Shown here piece by piece: positions 34,889-44,745 of a stretch of DNA of 48,833 bases. The DNA is from a virus. Taxonomy: Duplodnaviria > Caudoviricetes. The DNA lies in the IMG/VR virus record IMGVR_UViG_3300049298_000007, positions 1-48,833 of that record, one strand, 5' to 3'. The notes under the pieces were generated by a model, which saw nothing but the letters and a program-made list of their open reading frames with translations, was not told the origin of the DNA and searched no databases. The position numbers and the translations under genes were made by a program. Every line of letters starts with the position of its first letter. Position 1 is the stretch's first letter.

Positions 34889-35227
34889 CTATCCTCCCGT
34901 GATCCGCTTCAGGAAAACTTTCCAGTGCGCCTCCTGGCCGTACTCGCCCACATCGGACCAGTCGCCCGGCTCGCCGTCCACGGTGTAATCCTTGCCCTTG
35001 GCATCCCTAACCCGGTCATAGGCGGTTATGTCGGCGGCCGGTTCCCAGCGGCTGATGTGCGTGGACTCCACCCGGTTCTGGGACACGAGGTCCTCCCGTG
35101 ACCCGACCGGTTGCAGCGACCCCCACCACGTGTCCTTAGTCCACTGGACTTCGGGCGTGCTCCAGTTCGGCTCGCCGTTACTGTCCAGCGGGGCGCGCAG
35201 CCGGGTCAGTCGCTGGTTGAGATCCAT
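34889..35227 (-). CDS. Head-to-tail stopper
   Basis: QP...E, ADI...DRV, Y.VDG.P, H....L.RITG. Confidence 0.8.
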   Translation of the reverse strand: MDLNQRLTRLRAPLDSNGEPNWSTPEVQWTKDTWWGSLQPVGSREDLVSQNRVESTHISRWEPAADITAYDRVRDAKGKDYTVDGEPGDWSDVGEYGQEAHWKVFLKRITGG

Positions 35228-35240
35228 TGCCGACGGCCCC

Positions 35241-35690
35241 CTATCCGGCGGCCCGGCCGAACCCGGCGGCGGCGATCTGCGCGGTCACGTCGGAGCCGTC
35301 TGGCGTAATCGTGAAATCGTGATACGTCATCGGCAGGATGTTGGAATCCGTGCCCGCGCCGGTGTCGCCGTCATAGCAGATCAGCAACTTGGAAATCGCG
35401 TTGCCGGTGGCACCGGTCCACACCTGATCGGGCATGTCCACATCCACCCAATCGTTGGTGTCATCGATGGTGACCGTGACCGACGCCGACACGGTCTTAC
35501 GTCCCATGGTCGTCTGCTCGTTGTTGCTGGCGGCAAGCAGCGTCGACAGGTCGTCGTAGTTGTTGAGCGTGCCGTCGGCTTCGAGCCCGGTCGTCTCGAT
35601 CGGTACCACGATCAGCGCGTCGGATGCGGCGGGCAGGGTGCACCAGTGCACGAACCGGCCAAGCACGATGTTGAAGACTTCGTTCGCCAT
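35241..35690 (-). CDS. Virion structural protein of the fibre cassette
   Basis: V.WT.A...D.....P.G.D.T motif seen in phage fibre-associated proteins. Confidence 0.6.
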   Translation of the reverse strand: MANEVFNIVLGRFVHWCTLPAASDALIVVPIETTGLEADGTLNNYDDLSTLLAASNNEQTTMGRKTVSASVTVTIDDTNDWVDVDMPDQVWTGATGNAISKLLICYDGDTGAGTDSNILPMTYHDFTITPDGSDVTAQIAAAGFGRAAG

Positions 35691-35692
35691 GA

Positions 35693-36187
35693 TCAGCCCT
35701 TGCCCTTCTGGAGCTTGACCCAGTAGAACGTGTCCACCTGAGTCTCCCCGTCCGCGTAGATTTCGTCTGTCACCTTCTGCTTATCGGTGCCGTCGGCAAC
35801 GTACTTGTCCGGCTGGCGTACGACCTTGTACCGGACCACGCCGCTGGCGAAATCGAACAGCAACGCGTCGTAGTGCAGGAACGTATGGGTCACGGCCCAC
35901 TTGTTGCTCGCGGGGCCGCCGGGCCGGTGCACGACCTCCTCGCCCTCACCTTCGATCCAGCCCTCGGCGATGCCCCTGGCAACGAAATGGGTAGACAGGC
36001 CGCATTCGTCCGGCGGGTCTCCGATCACGTCGACACCAGCCAGCGGCCACGGCTCGTGATCCTGGCCGGGGGTGTCGGGGTTGACCAGCTTGTGTGTGTG
36101 CCCGGTCGTACCGTCCGGGTCCGCCATCTTGATCCGCCGACCGCTACTCCGGTCGGCGCGCTTACGAATCTCCAGGCTCGCGGCCAT
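35693..36187 (-). CDS. Hypothetical protein
   Basis: SD GGAGG; within structural operon. Confidence 0.65.
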   Translation of the reverse strand: MAASLEIRKRADRSSGRRIKMADPDGTTGHTHKLVNPDTPGQDHEPWPLAGVDVIGDPPDECGLSTHFVARGIAEGWIEGEGEEVVHRPGGPASNKWAVTHTFLHYDALLFDFASGVVRYKVVRQPDKYVADGTDKQKVTDEIYADGETQVDTFYWVKLQKGKG

Positions 36188-36199
36188 CGTTCCATCCTC

Positions 36200-38023
36200 C
36201 TACGGTCCCGGGGTGGTGGCCCCGCTTGGTCGTGGCGTGACACCGGTTGCGCCCGGCAACGTCATTGTGGTGCCCGGTCTTGTCACCGATCCTAGGGCCG
36301 GGTCGGTGGTTGCGCCGGACGGCCGGGGAGTGACGAACCGGAACCTGATCGCATATGCCGACTCGTTTTCGCTTGCCACTCCCAGTATCGCAACCAGGCC
36401 GCCGCCCGCGACAACACGAGCGGAGTTCAGTTCGATTGCCCCTGTCAACGGCTTGACCTTACGCTCCACCAGCGGCGTGGCCGTTGCCGTCTCCGTTGCC
36501 CGAGACAACGTTTTGAGCTTGCGCTTGAACAGCCCGGTAGCCGTGGCCAGCTCGATGGCCCGGCCCACGGCGGCGGTCTTGATGCGGCGTACCAGGCCGC
36601 CGCCGGTGGCGGTCTCTGTGGCTTGCCCGACGGCGCGTGCCTTGCGTTCGACCGGCAGCGTGGCGGTGTCCAGCTCGAATGCCCGGCCGACCTGCCCCGG
36701 CCGCTGGATGCCACCGGCGGTGTCCACCTCGGACGCCCGGCCGACGGCGCGCAGCTTCCGGCGGACGGTCGCGGTGCCCGTGTCGGTTTCGCTGGCCTGC
36801 CCCAGAATCTTGCGCTTCAGCTCCACCAGGGCCGTGGCCGTCGCAAGCTCTGTAGCGGCTTGTACGGCCCTGAGCTTGCGGGGGGTCACCGGGGTGCCTG
36901 TGCCGGTCTCAACGGCGCGGGAGACCCCCAAAGCTTTCGAACGGGCCACGGTTGTGGCCGTGTCCACCTCGGACGCCCGGCCGACGACGCCACCCGCCAC
37001 GATCGCGACCGCTGTAGCCGTGTCGGTTTCGCTGGCCTGCGCCAGAATCCGGCGCTTGGCTTCGACCGGCGCGCTGGCCGTGGCCGTCTCCGTGGCCTGC
37101 CCCACGGCCTTGCGCTTCAGCTCCACCAGGGCCGTGGCGGTCGCCGTCTCGGTGGCCTGCCCGATGATCCGCCGGTGCCCGGCGGTGACCACCCCGGCCG
37201 TGGCGACCTCGGTGCTTTGGGCAACCGTTGTGGCCTTGCGTTCGACCAGGGCCGTTGCGGTGTCCGTCTCGGTGGCCGCGTCGACAACGGTGGGGCCAGC
37301 CGCCGTAGCTTTCAGGATCTCGATCGCGTTGAGATGCAGTGCTGTGGTTGAGCTGGTGCCGATCCCGTAGCCACGCGTCCCGGCCGCCTGGTTCAGCCAG
37401 TACCCGGCGTACACGGTCACGTCCGGACTCGGGCCGATCTGATCGCGCAGAACATCCGCTGCCCCGGCAGGACTGAACGCCACCTCGGCAAGCGCGTCCC
37501 AGTCGATGCCCAGCGCGGCGACGGCCGACCCTTCCGCGACGGTCAGCGATTCGGTCTCCGCCGCCGACGGCGGACTGTTGCCGTGGACACCGATCCCGCC
37601 GTGGTTGCGGCACAGGAGAGCGAACCCGCCCCACAGTTTCCCGGACCCCTGGGTGCGCGCCAGGGATACGGTCACGTCACCGTCAGCCGTCACATCGGCC
37701 CAGGCGGCACTCAGCCACGCCGCGTTGGTGCCGACGGCAAGGAACTCCTCCAGCTCGGTCCATGCCGACGTTGTGCCGCCGGTAGTGCTGGCCGTCGCCG
37801 CCGTGACCGCGCCACCGAAGTTGTCGCCGCCGTACATGACCAGGACCAGGTCCCCGTTGAGCGCGCCGGTAACGGCGATGGTCTTGGGGGTCGTAGTGGT
37901 GGTCCAGCTCGCGACCTGAAACGGCGTGACGGTGAGTTGTGGCGGCTCCAGCAGCACAACACCGGAGCCGTCCTCCAGCAGGTACCGATCGGTACCGTTC
38001 TCCAGTAGCAGCCGGTCAACCAT
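36200..38023 (-). CDS. Fibre-like protein with about 16 tandem ~20-aa repeats
   Basis: A(T/S)E..TA...V..K...G(Q/R) repeats; LLLEDG N-terminus. Confidence 0.75.
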   Translation of the reverse strand: MVDRLLLENGTDRYLLEDGSGVVLLEPPQLTVTPFQVASWTTTTTPKTIAVTGALNGDLVLVMYGGDNFGGAVTAATASTTGGTTSAWTELEEFLAVGTNAAWLSAAWADVTADGDVTVSLARTQGSGKLWGGFALLCRNHGGIGVHGNSPPSAAETESLTVAEGSAVAALGIDWDALAEVAFSPAGAADVLRDQIGPSPDVTVYAGYWLNQAAGTRGYGIGTSSTTALHLNAIEILKATAAGPTVVDAATETDTATALVERKATTVAQSTEVATAGVVTAGHRRIIGQATETATATALVELKRKAVGQATETATASAPVEAKRRILAQASETDTATAVAIVAGGVVGRASEVDTATTVARSKALGVSRAVETGTGTPVTPRKLRAVQAATELATATALVELKRKILGQASETDTGTATVRRKLRAVGRASEVDTAGGIQRPGQVGRAFELDTATLPVERKARAVGQATETATGGGLVRRIKTAAVGRAIELATATGLFKRKLKTLSRATETATATPLVERKVKPLTGAIELNSARVVAGGGLVAILGVASENESAYAIRFRFVTPRPSGATTDPALGSVTRPGTTMTLPGATGVTPRPSGATTPGP

Positions 38024-38041
38024 TGTTGCCCCCGGCCCCTG

Positions 38042-38677
38042 TCAGTCGGCCAGGTTGACTAGCTCGGCGAAGCACTGCTGCAACGTCCACGCGGCCGACG
38101 TGCCGCCGTTCGCCGAGAGCCCGATCCCCATGTTCGCCGTGGTGGAGTCGAACGTGCCGGACACCGCCTGACCCTGGAACGTGCGGGCCGCGTTCGCAAA
38201 GCCTGTGGTCGCCAGGTCGTGAGTGAACTGGAGCCACGATGCCAGCACGGCCGACGCGCCGACGACCCGGAACGTTGCCAGGATCTCCAGGTAGGCGGTG
38301 TCGACGTTCGCCGTCTGCGCCGGGCCGGTGTACGCCAGCCGCGACGTGTCGGCGGTTGTGCCGTTGACGCCGGTGCGCAGCGTGAAGGTCGGCGTGGCGA
38401 GACCCGCCGCCGTCTTGGTGAACACCATGCGGGCGTGATAGACGGTGCCGTTCTGCATCCTTGCCTGCGGCAACACGATCCGCGACGCCGTCACGTAGGT
38501 ATCCGACGCGAACCCCGCCCCCTGCGCTGCGGTCGCGATGCTGAATTCCTGGTCGGTGTAGTCGTTGATCTGGGCAAGCGTCATTTTCTTGGACGTGCCG
38601 CCCTGGTTGACGGCGAACTCATCCGTACCGGCAGGCGTGGTGACCGCAGTCAGCGCGCTGATCTTCGTGTCAGCCAT
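38042..38677 (-). CDS. Fibre-associated structural protein
   Basis: MADTKISAL...D....Q.G..KK.T N-terminus typical of phage fibre proteins. Confidence 0.65.
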   Translation of the reverse strand: MADTKISALTAVTTPAGTDEFAVNQGGTSKKMTLAQINDYTDQEFSIATAAQGAGFASDTYVTASRIVLPQARMQNGTVYHARMVFTKTAAGLATPTFTLRTGVNGTTADTSRLAYTGPAQTANVDTAYLEILATFRVVGASAVLASWLQFTHDLATTGFANAARTFQGQAVSGTFDSTTANMGIGLSANGGTSAAWTLQQCFAELVNLAD

Positions 38678-38693
38678 CTATTGCCCCGGGCAA

Positions 38694-39845
38694 TCAGTAT
38701 GAGTCGTTGATCAGAAAATCGGTCACGTTGAACCGCCACGGCGCACCGTTGGTGTCCACCGTCTCGACGCCGTAGTCAACCTGCCAGGTCGTCGCCGCGC
38801 CACGAATCCAGTTGCGGGCCGCGAGGTCGGCGAAGAACAGCTGCAAAGGCATCGTGCCGAACTTCTGGGCAGGCACGCTGACGTAGGTGAAGATTCCGCC
38901 CTGGCTGGAGATGCCGCCGGACTTCCACACCTGATACGTCTTGCCCCCGATCGTTGCATCCGGCAATCGTGTGCCCGCCGGTGTCTGCCCGTGGTTCTCC
39001 GTCCAGATCATCAGCTCGTTCTGGAACCCGTCACCGATCCAGATATCGAATGCGGCATTCCAGGTCATCCCAGCCACATCGGCCGCGTTGTGCGCGAACC
39101 GCGCCGACTCGATACCGGACAGGGCAACGTCGTTGTAGTCGGTGTGCACGTTCGGATACGCCTCGACTGCCCGGTCTGAGTGCTCGGGAACGTTCACGTC
39201 CACATACCAGTTGTCGTGGCCGCAGGCAACGATCGTGTGAGTGCCGCCGTAGTTGTCGTTCCAGTTGTTGTTGTGGACGAAATACTCGTCCTGGCTCGCG
39301 CCGGTGCCGGTGAAGAACGAGCTACCGGCCCCCTCGGCAATGGTTCGTCCCGTTCCGCCTGCCGATGTGGGCGCGCACGTCTTGACCGGCGATGCATCTG
39401 GAACGGTTGGGGTCGGGGTGGGCGTGGCGCTGGTGGGGGGCGTACTGGATGTTGGCGGGGTGCTGGACGACGGAGGGGTGGTCGGTGTTGCCTCCGGCAA
39501 CGTCATCACGGCGTTGTAGCGGATGACCGTACCGGCGGGGAACAGGACCGGTTCGTACCACCAGAACCGCACCCGGAACGTCGTTGCCGTGATGGTGGCC
39601 GGGTCTACCGTGGCCAGCTGCCCGATCAGGGCTGGCTGAACCAGAACGGCCGTCGGCTTCACCCCGAGCCCGTGGGTCACGGTGCAGTATCCCTGCGCGT
39701 CAACGGCGCACTGCCCGGCCCGGCCGACCGACCGATCCATGACCGCCTGCTGGCTGGCCGTGCTCAAGTTGATGCCTGCGGCAATCAGTATGACGGCACA
39801 CAGCGCGGCGGCGGCAGCAAGCCAGCGGTGATCCTTGACGTTCAT
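38694..39845 (-). CDS. Secreted glycoside hydrolase family 12 (endoglucanase-like)
   Basis: Signal/TM segment, Pro/Thr linker, NNNW, AYPN, AAFDIW, ELMIW and GVE catalytic Glu pair. Confidence 0.85.
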   Translation of the reverse strand: MNVKDHRWLAAAAALCAVILIAAGINLSTASQQAVMDRSVGRAGQCAVDAQGYCTVTHGLGVKPTAVLVQPALIGQLATVDPATITATTFRVRFWWYEPVLFPAGTVIRYNAVMTLPEATPTTPPSSSTPPTSSTPPTSATPTPTPTVPDASPVKTCAPTSAGGTGRTIAEGAGSSFFTGTGASQDEYFVHNNNWNDNYGGTHTIVACGHDNWYVDVNVPEHSDRAVEAYPNVHTDYNDVALSGIESARFAHNAADVAGMTWNAAFDIWIGDGFQNELMIWTENHGQTPAGTRLPDATIGGKTYQVWKSGGISSQGGIFTYVSVPAQKFGTMPLQLFFADLAARNWIRGAATTWQVDYGVETVDTNGAPWRFNVTDFLINDSY

Positions 39846-39862
39846 GACGCGTTCCTCTCGGG

Positions 39863-40312
39863 TCAGTACCCGTAGTCGGTCAGCGCGTTACCCGTGTAGC
39901 GCGGACCCCGGGCCGGGTCCGGGTAGCACAGCGGCTCAGGGAAGCAGCCTGCCGGTTCGCCCGGGTTGGGCGTGACCGTGTCCGGCTCCTGGTCCGCCAG
40001 CCATTCGGCCAGCTCGTTCTTCTCCTCCGGCGTCAGGTAGACGCCCAGACGTTCGGCCGCGTTGAACTTGTCGCGTACCGCGTCGACCTGTTTTTCCGTG
40101 ACGCCCTTGGGGTTGCGCAGCGCCCGACCGGCGGCGGCCAGGACGACACTGCGGGGCGTCGCGAACTCCACCGCCGGTGTCCACGGGGCATGGTCTCCGA
40201 CCTTCTGGATCACCTTGCCCTCGGCAAGCTCGATCAGAACGTTGCCCACGTCGTTCACAACGGGCATCTGAAGGGAGTTAGCCAGATCCGACAGACTCAC
40301 GATGGTGCCCAC
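39863..40312 (-). CDS. Head-to-tail adaptor
   Basis: V.L.A..RAL.NP.G, GVYLT.EE...L. Confidence 0.8.
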   Translation of the reverse strand: MGTIVSLSDLANSLQMPVVNDVGNVLIELAEGKVIQKVGDHAPWTPAVEFATPRSVVLAAAGRALRNPKGVTEKQVDAVRDKFNAAERLGVYLTPEEKNELAEWLADQEPDTVTPNPGEPAGCFPEPLCYPDPARGPRYTGNALTDYGY

Positions 40313-40331
40313 GGCAACTAACTCCCTTCAG

Positions 40332-40823
40332 TCACTTCGGTGTACCCCAGGTGGCGATCAGGTCAGCGCGACTGACCTTCTTCTCCTCGATCTCGGCCCG
40401 GTCGCCGCCCTTGGACACCGCGTAGTCGACCCAGTCGGCCCGGTCGGCGTTCTTGCGCGGCTCGGGAACGTCGTCACCGGCAACGACCTCGGCCTTGGTC
40501 GGCTCGGTCGTCACCGGCTGGCCGGACACCTTGTCCCCGTCGTCAGGCGTGGTGACCTGCGCGTTGGTGTTCGGCTCGCCCAGCCCGTCGGTGATCTCCG
40601 GCGGATTGGTCTGGCGCTCGTCCTCGTAATCGGTGATCGACCCGTCATCGTTCAGCGACACGGCCTTGATCTGGCCCGTGGACAGGTGGTGTTCGACCGC
40701 CCGGTCCTCCAGGTCTTCCGGCAACAGCGCATTCCGGTAGAACCCGAGCAACACCCGCTGCCCGGACGCCGGGTCCGCCGTGGTCATGGTGACGTATTCG
40801 CCCGTCACGACATACCGCTTCAT
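40332..40823 (-). CDS. Hypothetical protein after capsid gene, with small C-terminal helical domain
   Basis: PRKNADRADWVDYA motif. Confidence 0.7.
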   Translation of the reverse strand: MKRYVVTGEYVTMTTADPASGQRVLLGFYRNALLPEDLEDRAVEHHLSTGQIKAVSLNDDGSITDYEDERQTNPPEITDGLGEPNTNAQVTTPDDGDKVSGQPVTTEPTKAEVVAGDDVPEPRKNADRADWVDYAVSKGGDRAEIEEKKVSRADLIATWGTPK

Positions 40824-40833
40824 GGCAACTACC

Positions 40834-41763
40834 TCACAGACCGGTGTTGGTGAGACGGATGGCGGACCCCGGCTCCTGCACGACCGGCACCGTCAGGCGG
40901 CGGCCCTGGAGGTCGAAGCCGTCGCGGCCGTCGAGACGGATCGACTTGACCTCGATCGCCTGGTCCGACACGGCGTACCCGGGAGACACGTCGGTCTCGT
41001 CGGCCATGCCGCCCAGCTGGTTGTTGTCCAGAACGATCGGGTCCACGATCGACGGCGAAACCACGATGGTCAGACCGGCGACACGTTCGATCTCGCCCGT
41101 GTAGATGGGGTTCGTGGAGTCCTCCCGCTTGAGCGCGTTGGTGAACTTCTCGTCGCTCATGAGGTACGCGTACTGCACGTCGTTCAGCGCCAGCGTGTTG
41201 GGCATGTACCCCTGGTTCAGGCCGACGATCGCGGCCTTGGCCCGGAGAATGTCCCGCAGGAACAGGGCGTTCGCCAGGTTCCACGCGATGCCGCCGCCCG
41301 CCGTCACGCTGTAGGTCGCGGTGACCGCCGACGTGATGCCGGACATGGTGATGCCGTCGACCTGCTTGATGATGGAGTTGACGACCTTGCGGAGGTTGCG
41401 GTCAACGGCAGCGCCGCCGAACACGTTCCGCTTGATCTCCTCGTCCGCCATGAAGGTTTTCTGACCCCACTTGGCCACAGCCGCCATCGCCGCGACGGAC
41501 TGAGCCACCGACGCGTACGGGTACACCGCGCCCGGGTTGACCTTGTCGACCGTGCGATCGGTGACCTGAGACTCCGACTGCTCGTACACGATCGCGCCGC
41601 CCACGACACGGAACCGGCCGGTCAGCAGCTGGTCAGACACGAACCGCAGGTCGCGGAACGTGCGGAGACGCCGTGCGATGTTCGCCGGGTTCTGAAGGAA
41701 CCGGGAGACGGAAAGCACATCACCCGAGAGGGTGGGTGCAGCCGCCGGAAACGATCCAGGCAT
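40834..41763 (-). CDS. Major capsid protein
   Basis: V.PG..YP, KWG, EEI.RN, G..P.T, P.V..P motifs; position. Confidence 0.9.
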   Translation of the reverse strand: MPGSFPAAAPTLSGDVLSVSRFLQNPANIARRLRTFRDLRFVSDQLLTGRFRVVGGAIVYEQSESQVTDRTVDKVNPGAVYPYASVAQSVAAMAAVAKWGQKTFMADEEIKRNVFGGAAVDRNLRKVVNSIIKQVDGITMSGITSAVTATYSVTAGGGIAWNLANALFLRDILRAKAAIVGLNQGYMPNTLALNDVQYAYLMSDEKFTNALKREDSTNPIYTGEIERVAGLTIVVSPSIVDPIVLDNNQLGGMADETDVSPGYAVSDQAIEVKSIRLDGRDGFDLQGRRLTVPVVQEPGSAIRLTNTGL

Positions 41764-41789
41764 TTTAGTTGCCCCTTTCCCCTAGGTGA

Positions 41790-42170
41790 TCAGCGACCGG
41801 CCCAACGGACCTTGTTGCCCGCTGTGGCCGTGTTGATGGCGACGCCGATATCGGTACCGGCCGCCGCTGCGGTAGCCGCTGCTGTGGTGGCCACAGCGCC
41901 AGCGGCTGCCGCTGTGAGACGGTCACCGGCAGCCGAACCGGCCGTCGATACCGTCTCGTGGATGTTGCCCGGGATCGGGTGCACGGTGACCCCTGCGCCG
42001 ACCGCCGCATCGTGTGCGGCCACACCAACGACCTTGACGGAGTTCGCCCCGGCAGGGCCAACCGTGTTGACGCCGGTGGATTCCAGGATCTGGCCGCCGG
42101 TGACGGTGGCCGACGCGGTCACACCGGAGAACGGCGGCACGCCCTGGATGTACGGCAGGTAGTCAGCCAT
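41790..42170 (-). CDS. Head decoration / capsid cement (DUF2190-like)
   Basis: VGVA.HDA..G..V; small Ala/Gly-rich protein before capsid gene. Confidence 0.78.
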   Translation of the reverse strand: MADYLPYIQGVPPFSGVTASATVTGGQILESTGVNTVGPAGANSVKVVGVAAHDAAVGAGVTVHPIPGNIHETVSTAGSAAGDRLTAAAAGAVATTAAATAAAAGTDIGVAINTATAGNKVRWAGR

Positions 42171-43443
42171 TGAGACCACTCTCCTCGGGGTACAGGCGGG
42201 CGTAGTCGGCGTCGACTTCGCCGTATTCGCCGGTGCCGCCCTGGCCGATCGGGTTCACCGGCACGAGGTTGTCGGGGATGGCAGCGAGTGCGGCCTTGGC
42301 CCCCTCCGGGTCTGCCGTCCACATCGTGACCCACGCGTCGCGGCGGGCGTTCGGAATCTTGCCCTTGGCAACGGCCGCGTCAAGCGCGGCGTCGCGTTCC
42401 TTCTCCTCCATCTTGGCGATGACGGAGTCGCTGCGCCGGGCCGACGCCTGGAGCGCTTCCAGCGTGGACTTGTCCACCATCGCGAACCCGTCGGGGATCT
42501 TGACAGATGGGGTCTTGGCCCCCCCGTCCGGCTTGGGGTCGTCGTCCGGCTTGGTCTCGGTGTCGGAAACCTTGGCGTCCGCAGCGGCCTTGACCGCTGC
42601 GGCCTGAGCCGCCTTGATTGCCTCCGACAACTTCTCGTCCGTGTCGAGCTTGTCGACACCTTCGACGCCGAGATCGGTAGCCATCTGAACAAGGATCTTG
42701 TTCGGCATCTCCTCGTCCTCCTCGTTGTGCGAATCCGGCGGCCCGGCCGTCGGCTTGTACGGGTCAGGTGCCTTGTCCCTACCGGCATGCGCAAACACGG
42801 TCAGATCGAAGCGCTTGCACGCGGCAACAACATCCTGTTCCTTGCCCGACGCATCGAGCGTATCAGCCAGACCGGCGTCTACCGCCTCGGCGGCGGTGTA
42901 CCACGTCTCCTCAGCCATCGCCGCCCGCCATTCAGCGGGCGTGCCCCCGGCGCGGTCGGCGTAGATTTCGGCCATCTGCGCGTTGGTCTTCTCCAGCACC
43001 TGAGCCATCTTGAGCATGTCCGCCATGGGCCCGTACACCAGCCCGCTGCCCTCGTGGATCATCATTTGCGACCCGGCCTTGGCGACGATCTGGTCAGCGC
43101 CCATGGCAACGATCGTTGCCGCCGACGCCGCGAGCCCGTCGATCTGCGCCGTTACGGTCGCCTTGTGGTCGCGCAACATGTTCATGATGGCGATCCCCTC
43201 GGCAAAGTTGCCGCCGGGCGAGTTGAGATGCAGCTCGATCGTGTCCACGTCCAGCGACGCGACCTCTTCGGAGAACTTGCGGGCACCGGAGCCCCAGGGG
43301 GTGATCTCGTCCATGATCCACACCGTGGCGGACTTGGAACGCTTGCCCTTGGCATCGATCTTGTACCAGTCGGTCACTTCCACGCCGGTGGACGGCTGAT
43401 GCTCAAGCAACCAGTCGATCTCGGCCTGCTCGATCTTAGGCAT
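42163..43443 (-). CDS. ClpP-type head maturation protease with scaffold-like C-terminus
   Basis: LNSPGG, AASAAT, MMIH, ETW..A.EA...GLAD. Confidence 0.92.
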   Translation of the reverse strand: MPKIEQAEIDWLLEHQPSTGVEVTDWYKIDAKGKRSKSATVWIMDEITPWGSGARKFSEEVASLDVDTIELHLNSPGGNFAEGIAIMNMLRDHKATVTAQIDGLAASAATIVAMGADQIVAKAGSQMMIHEGSGLVYGPMADMLKMAQVLEKTNAQMAEIYADRAGGTPAEWRAAMAEETWYTAAEAVDAGLADTLDASGKEQDVVAACKRFDLTVFAHAGRDKAPDPYKPTAGPPDSHNEEDEEMPNKILVQMATDLGVEGVDKLDTDEKLSEAIKAAQAAAVKAAADAKVSDTETKPDDDPKPDGGAKTPSVKIPDGFAMVDKSTLEALQASARRSDSVIAKMEEKERDAALDAAVAKGKIPNARRDAWVTMWTADPEGAKAALAAIPDNLVPVNPIGQGGTGEYGEVDADYARLYPEESGLNG

Positions 43444-44734
43444 TAGCTACCGACCCCTTCCCCTGCTCGTTGTCCTCGGCATCCTCGTCCTCCTCCGGGT
43501 CGAACTGTGGCGGCACCGGCTCGTTGGGGTCCTCGGCGTTCGGGTCACGCGGCGGTAGCCCGTACTGCTGCCGCAACGAGGCTTCGAGTGTCGGGTCCAT
43601 GCGGAACGCGCCAGCCTCGATCAGCATCTTGAGTGCCTGCGCGGTCAGCTTCTGGCGTGACCCGATCTCGTCGCACACGATACGCGGTGCACCGGCGTCC
43701 ACGCCCCAGTTCTGGTCAACGAGGTCCTCCACGATGTGCTGTGTGGCCACATCGGCTACGTCGTCGGCGACGGTCTGGAGGCAGATCGTGAAGAAATCCT
43801 CGAACGTTGCCCCCAGCGCCCAACTGCCGGTCGCCGTACCCAAGTTCAGGAAGTGCGCCAGGACGGCGCGAGCGATCTGCTCATCGTGGTACCGGATCGA
43901 TGGCAGTGCCTGCGGGAGATCGCCCTCTACGCCCTTCAGATGCAGGTCCGCGCCGTTGTCGATGGCCGCCGCCGCCGTCTCACCGGCCCGGAACGACCGC
44001 GCCACAGCAAGCCCCTTGGTGAACCCCGGGTCCTGCTCCCCCTCGCCGGGGAACCCCTGGTAGACGGGCACGCCCATGCCGTTGCGGCGGATCGTCTGGG
44101 AGTCGACACGCAACAGCTCGTCCTTCAGCAGCCAGTTTTTGTAGCACGACCGCAGCAGCGACTGCCCGAGCCAGTTGCCGCCCTCACGTTCGTTGACATA
44201 GGCAACGAGCGCGTTGATGGGGATCAGCTTGTCGACGCCGTACTGCCGGATACCGTCGAGCCCGCCGTCCCGGGCAACCTTCAGCTCCGTCAGGGTGCGG
44301 GCCGGACGCCAGGCCAGTTTCTGAAGGTGGGTGCCGCCCGGCTTGATCGCGTCGATGCGGTACTGCTGCTCAAAGAAACTGTGGCCGTGGGCAAGCATCA
44401 GCAGCGCCAGCCGGAGATGTTCCTTCCACGAGAACCGGTCACGGGTGCGCCGCTTCGCCCGGTCGCCCTCCTCACCGATGATCGGCAGGTTCAGGTCGTC
44501 GGCCACGTGCTCAACGATCTCGTCCTCGGCCCCGTTCGGATCAATGCGCCACGCGGTACGGCGCACCGGCAGCGTCACGGCCCTCAGAACCGACTGCACC
44601 TGTGCGTCCTGGCGGCGCATCCGGTCATACACCTCGACCGACTTGGGCCACATCAGCTCGGGGGTCTCTTCGTACTCCAGCACCGACCAAAAGGCCGACA
44701 TGTAGCCGATTTCGTTGGTTGGGGCAACAGTCAC
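43436..44734 (-). CDS. Portal protein (Mu gp29/DUF935-like)
   Basis: YD.M...D.Q, G.S.FE, G.SLLR..Y..W..K, GS.ALG. Confidence 0.9.
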   Translation of the reverse strand: MTVAPTNEIGYMSAFWSVLEYEETPELMWPKSVEVYDRMRRQDAQVQSVLRAVTLPVRRTAWRIDPNGAEDEIVEHVADDLNLPIIGEEGDRAKRRTRDRFSWKEHLRLALLMLAHGHSFFEQQYRIDAIKPGGTHLQKLAWRPARTLTELKVARDGGLDGIRQYGVDKLIPINALVAYVNEREGGNWLGQSLLRSCYKNWLLKDELLRVDSQTIRRNGMGVPVYQGFPGEGEQDPGFTKGLAVARSFRAGETAAAAIDNGADLHLKGVEGDLPQALPSIRYHDEQIARAVLAHFLNLGTATGSWALGATFEDFFTICLQTVADDVADVATQHIVEDLVDQNWGVDAGAPRIVCDEIGSRQKLTAQALKMLIEAGAFRMDPTLEASLRQQYGLPPRDPNAEDPNEPVPPQFDPEEDEDAEDNEQGKGSVANA

Positions 44735-44745
44735 GGTCAGCCTCC

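Noticed and set aside
36330-37290. 60-nt periodic repeats as a CRISPR array
   Set aside because: They are in-frame protein repeats with no repeat-spacer structure and no cas genes
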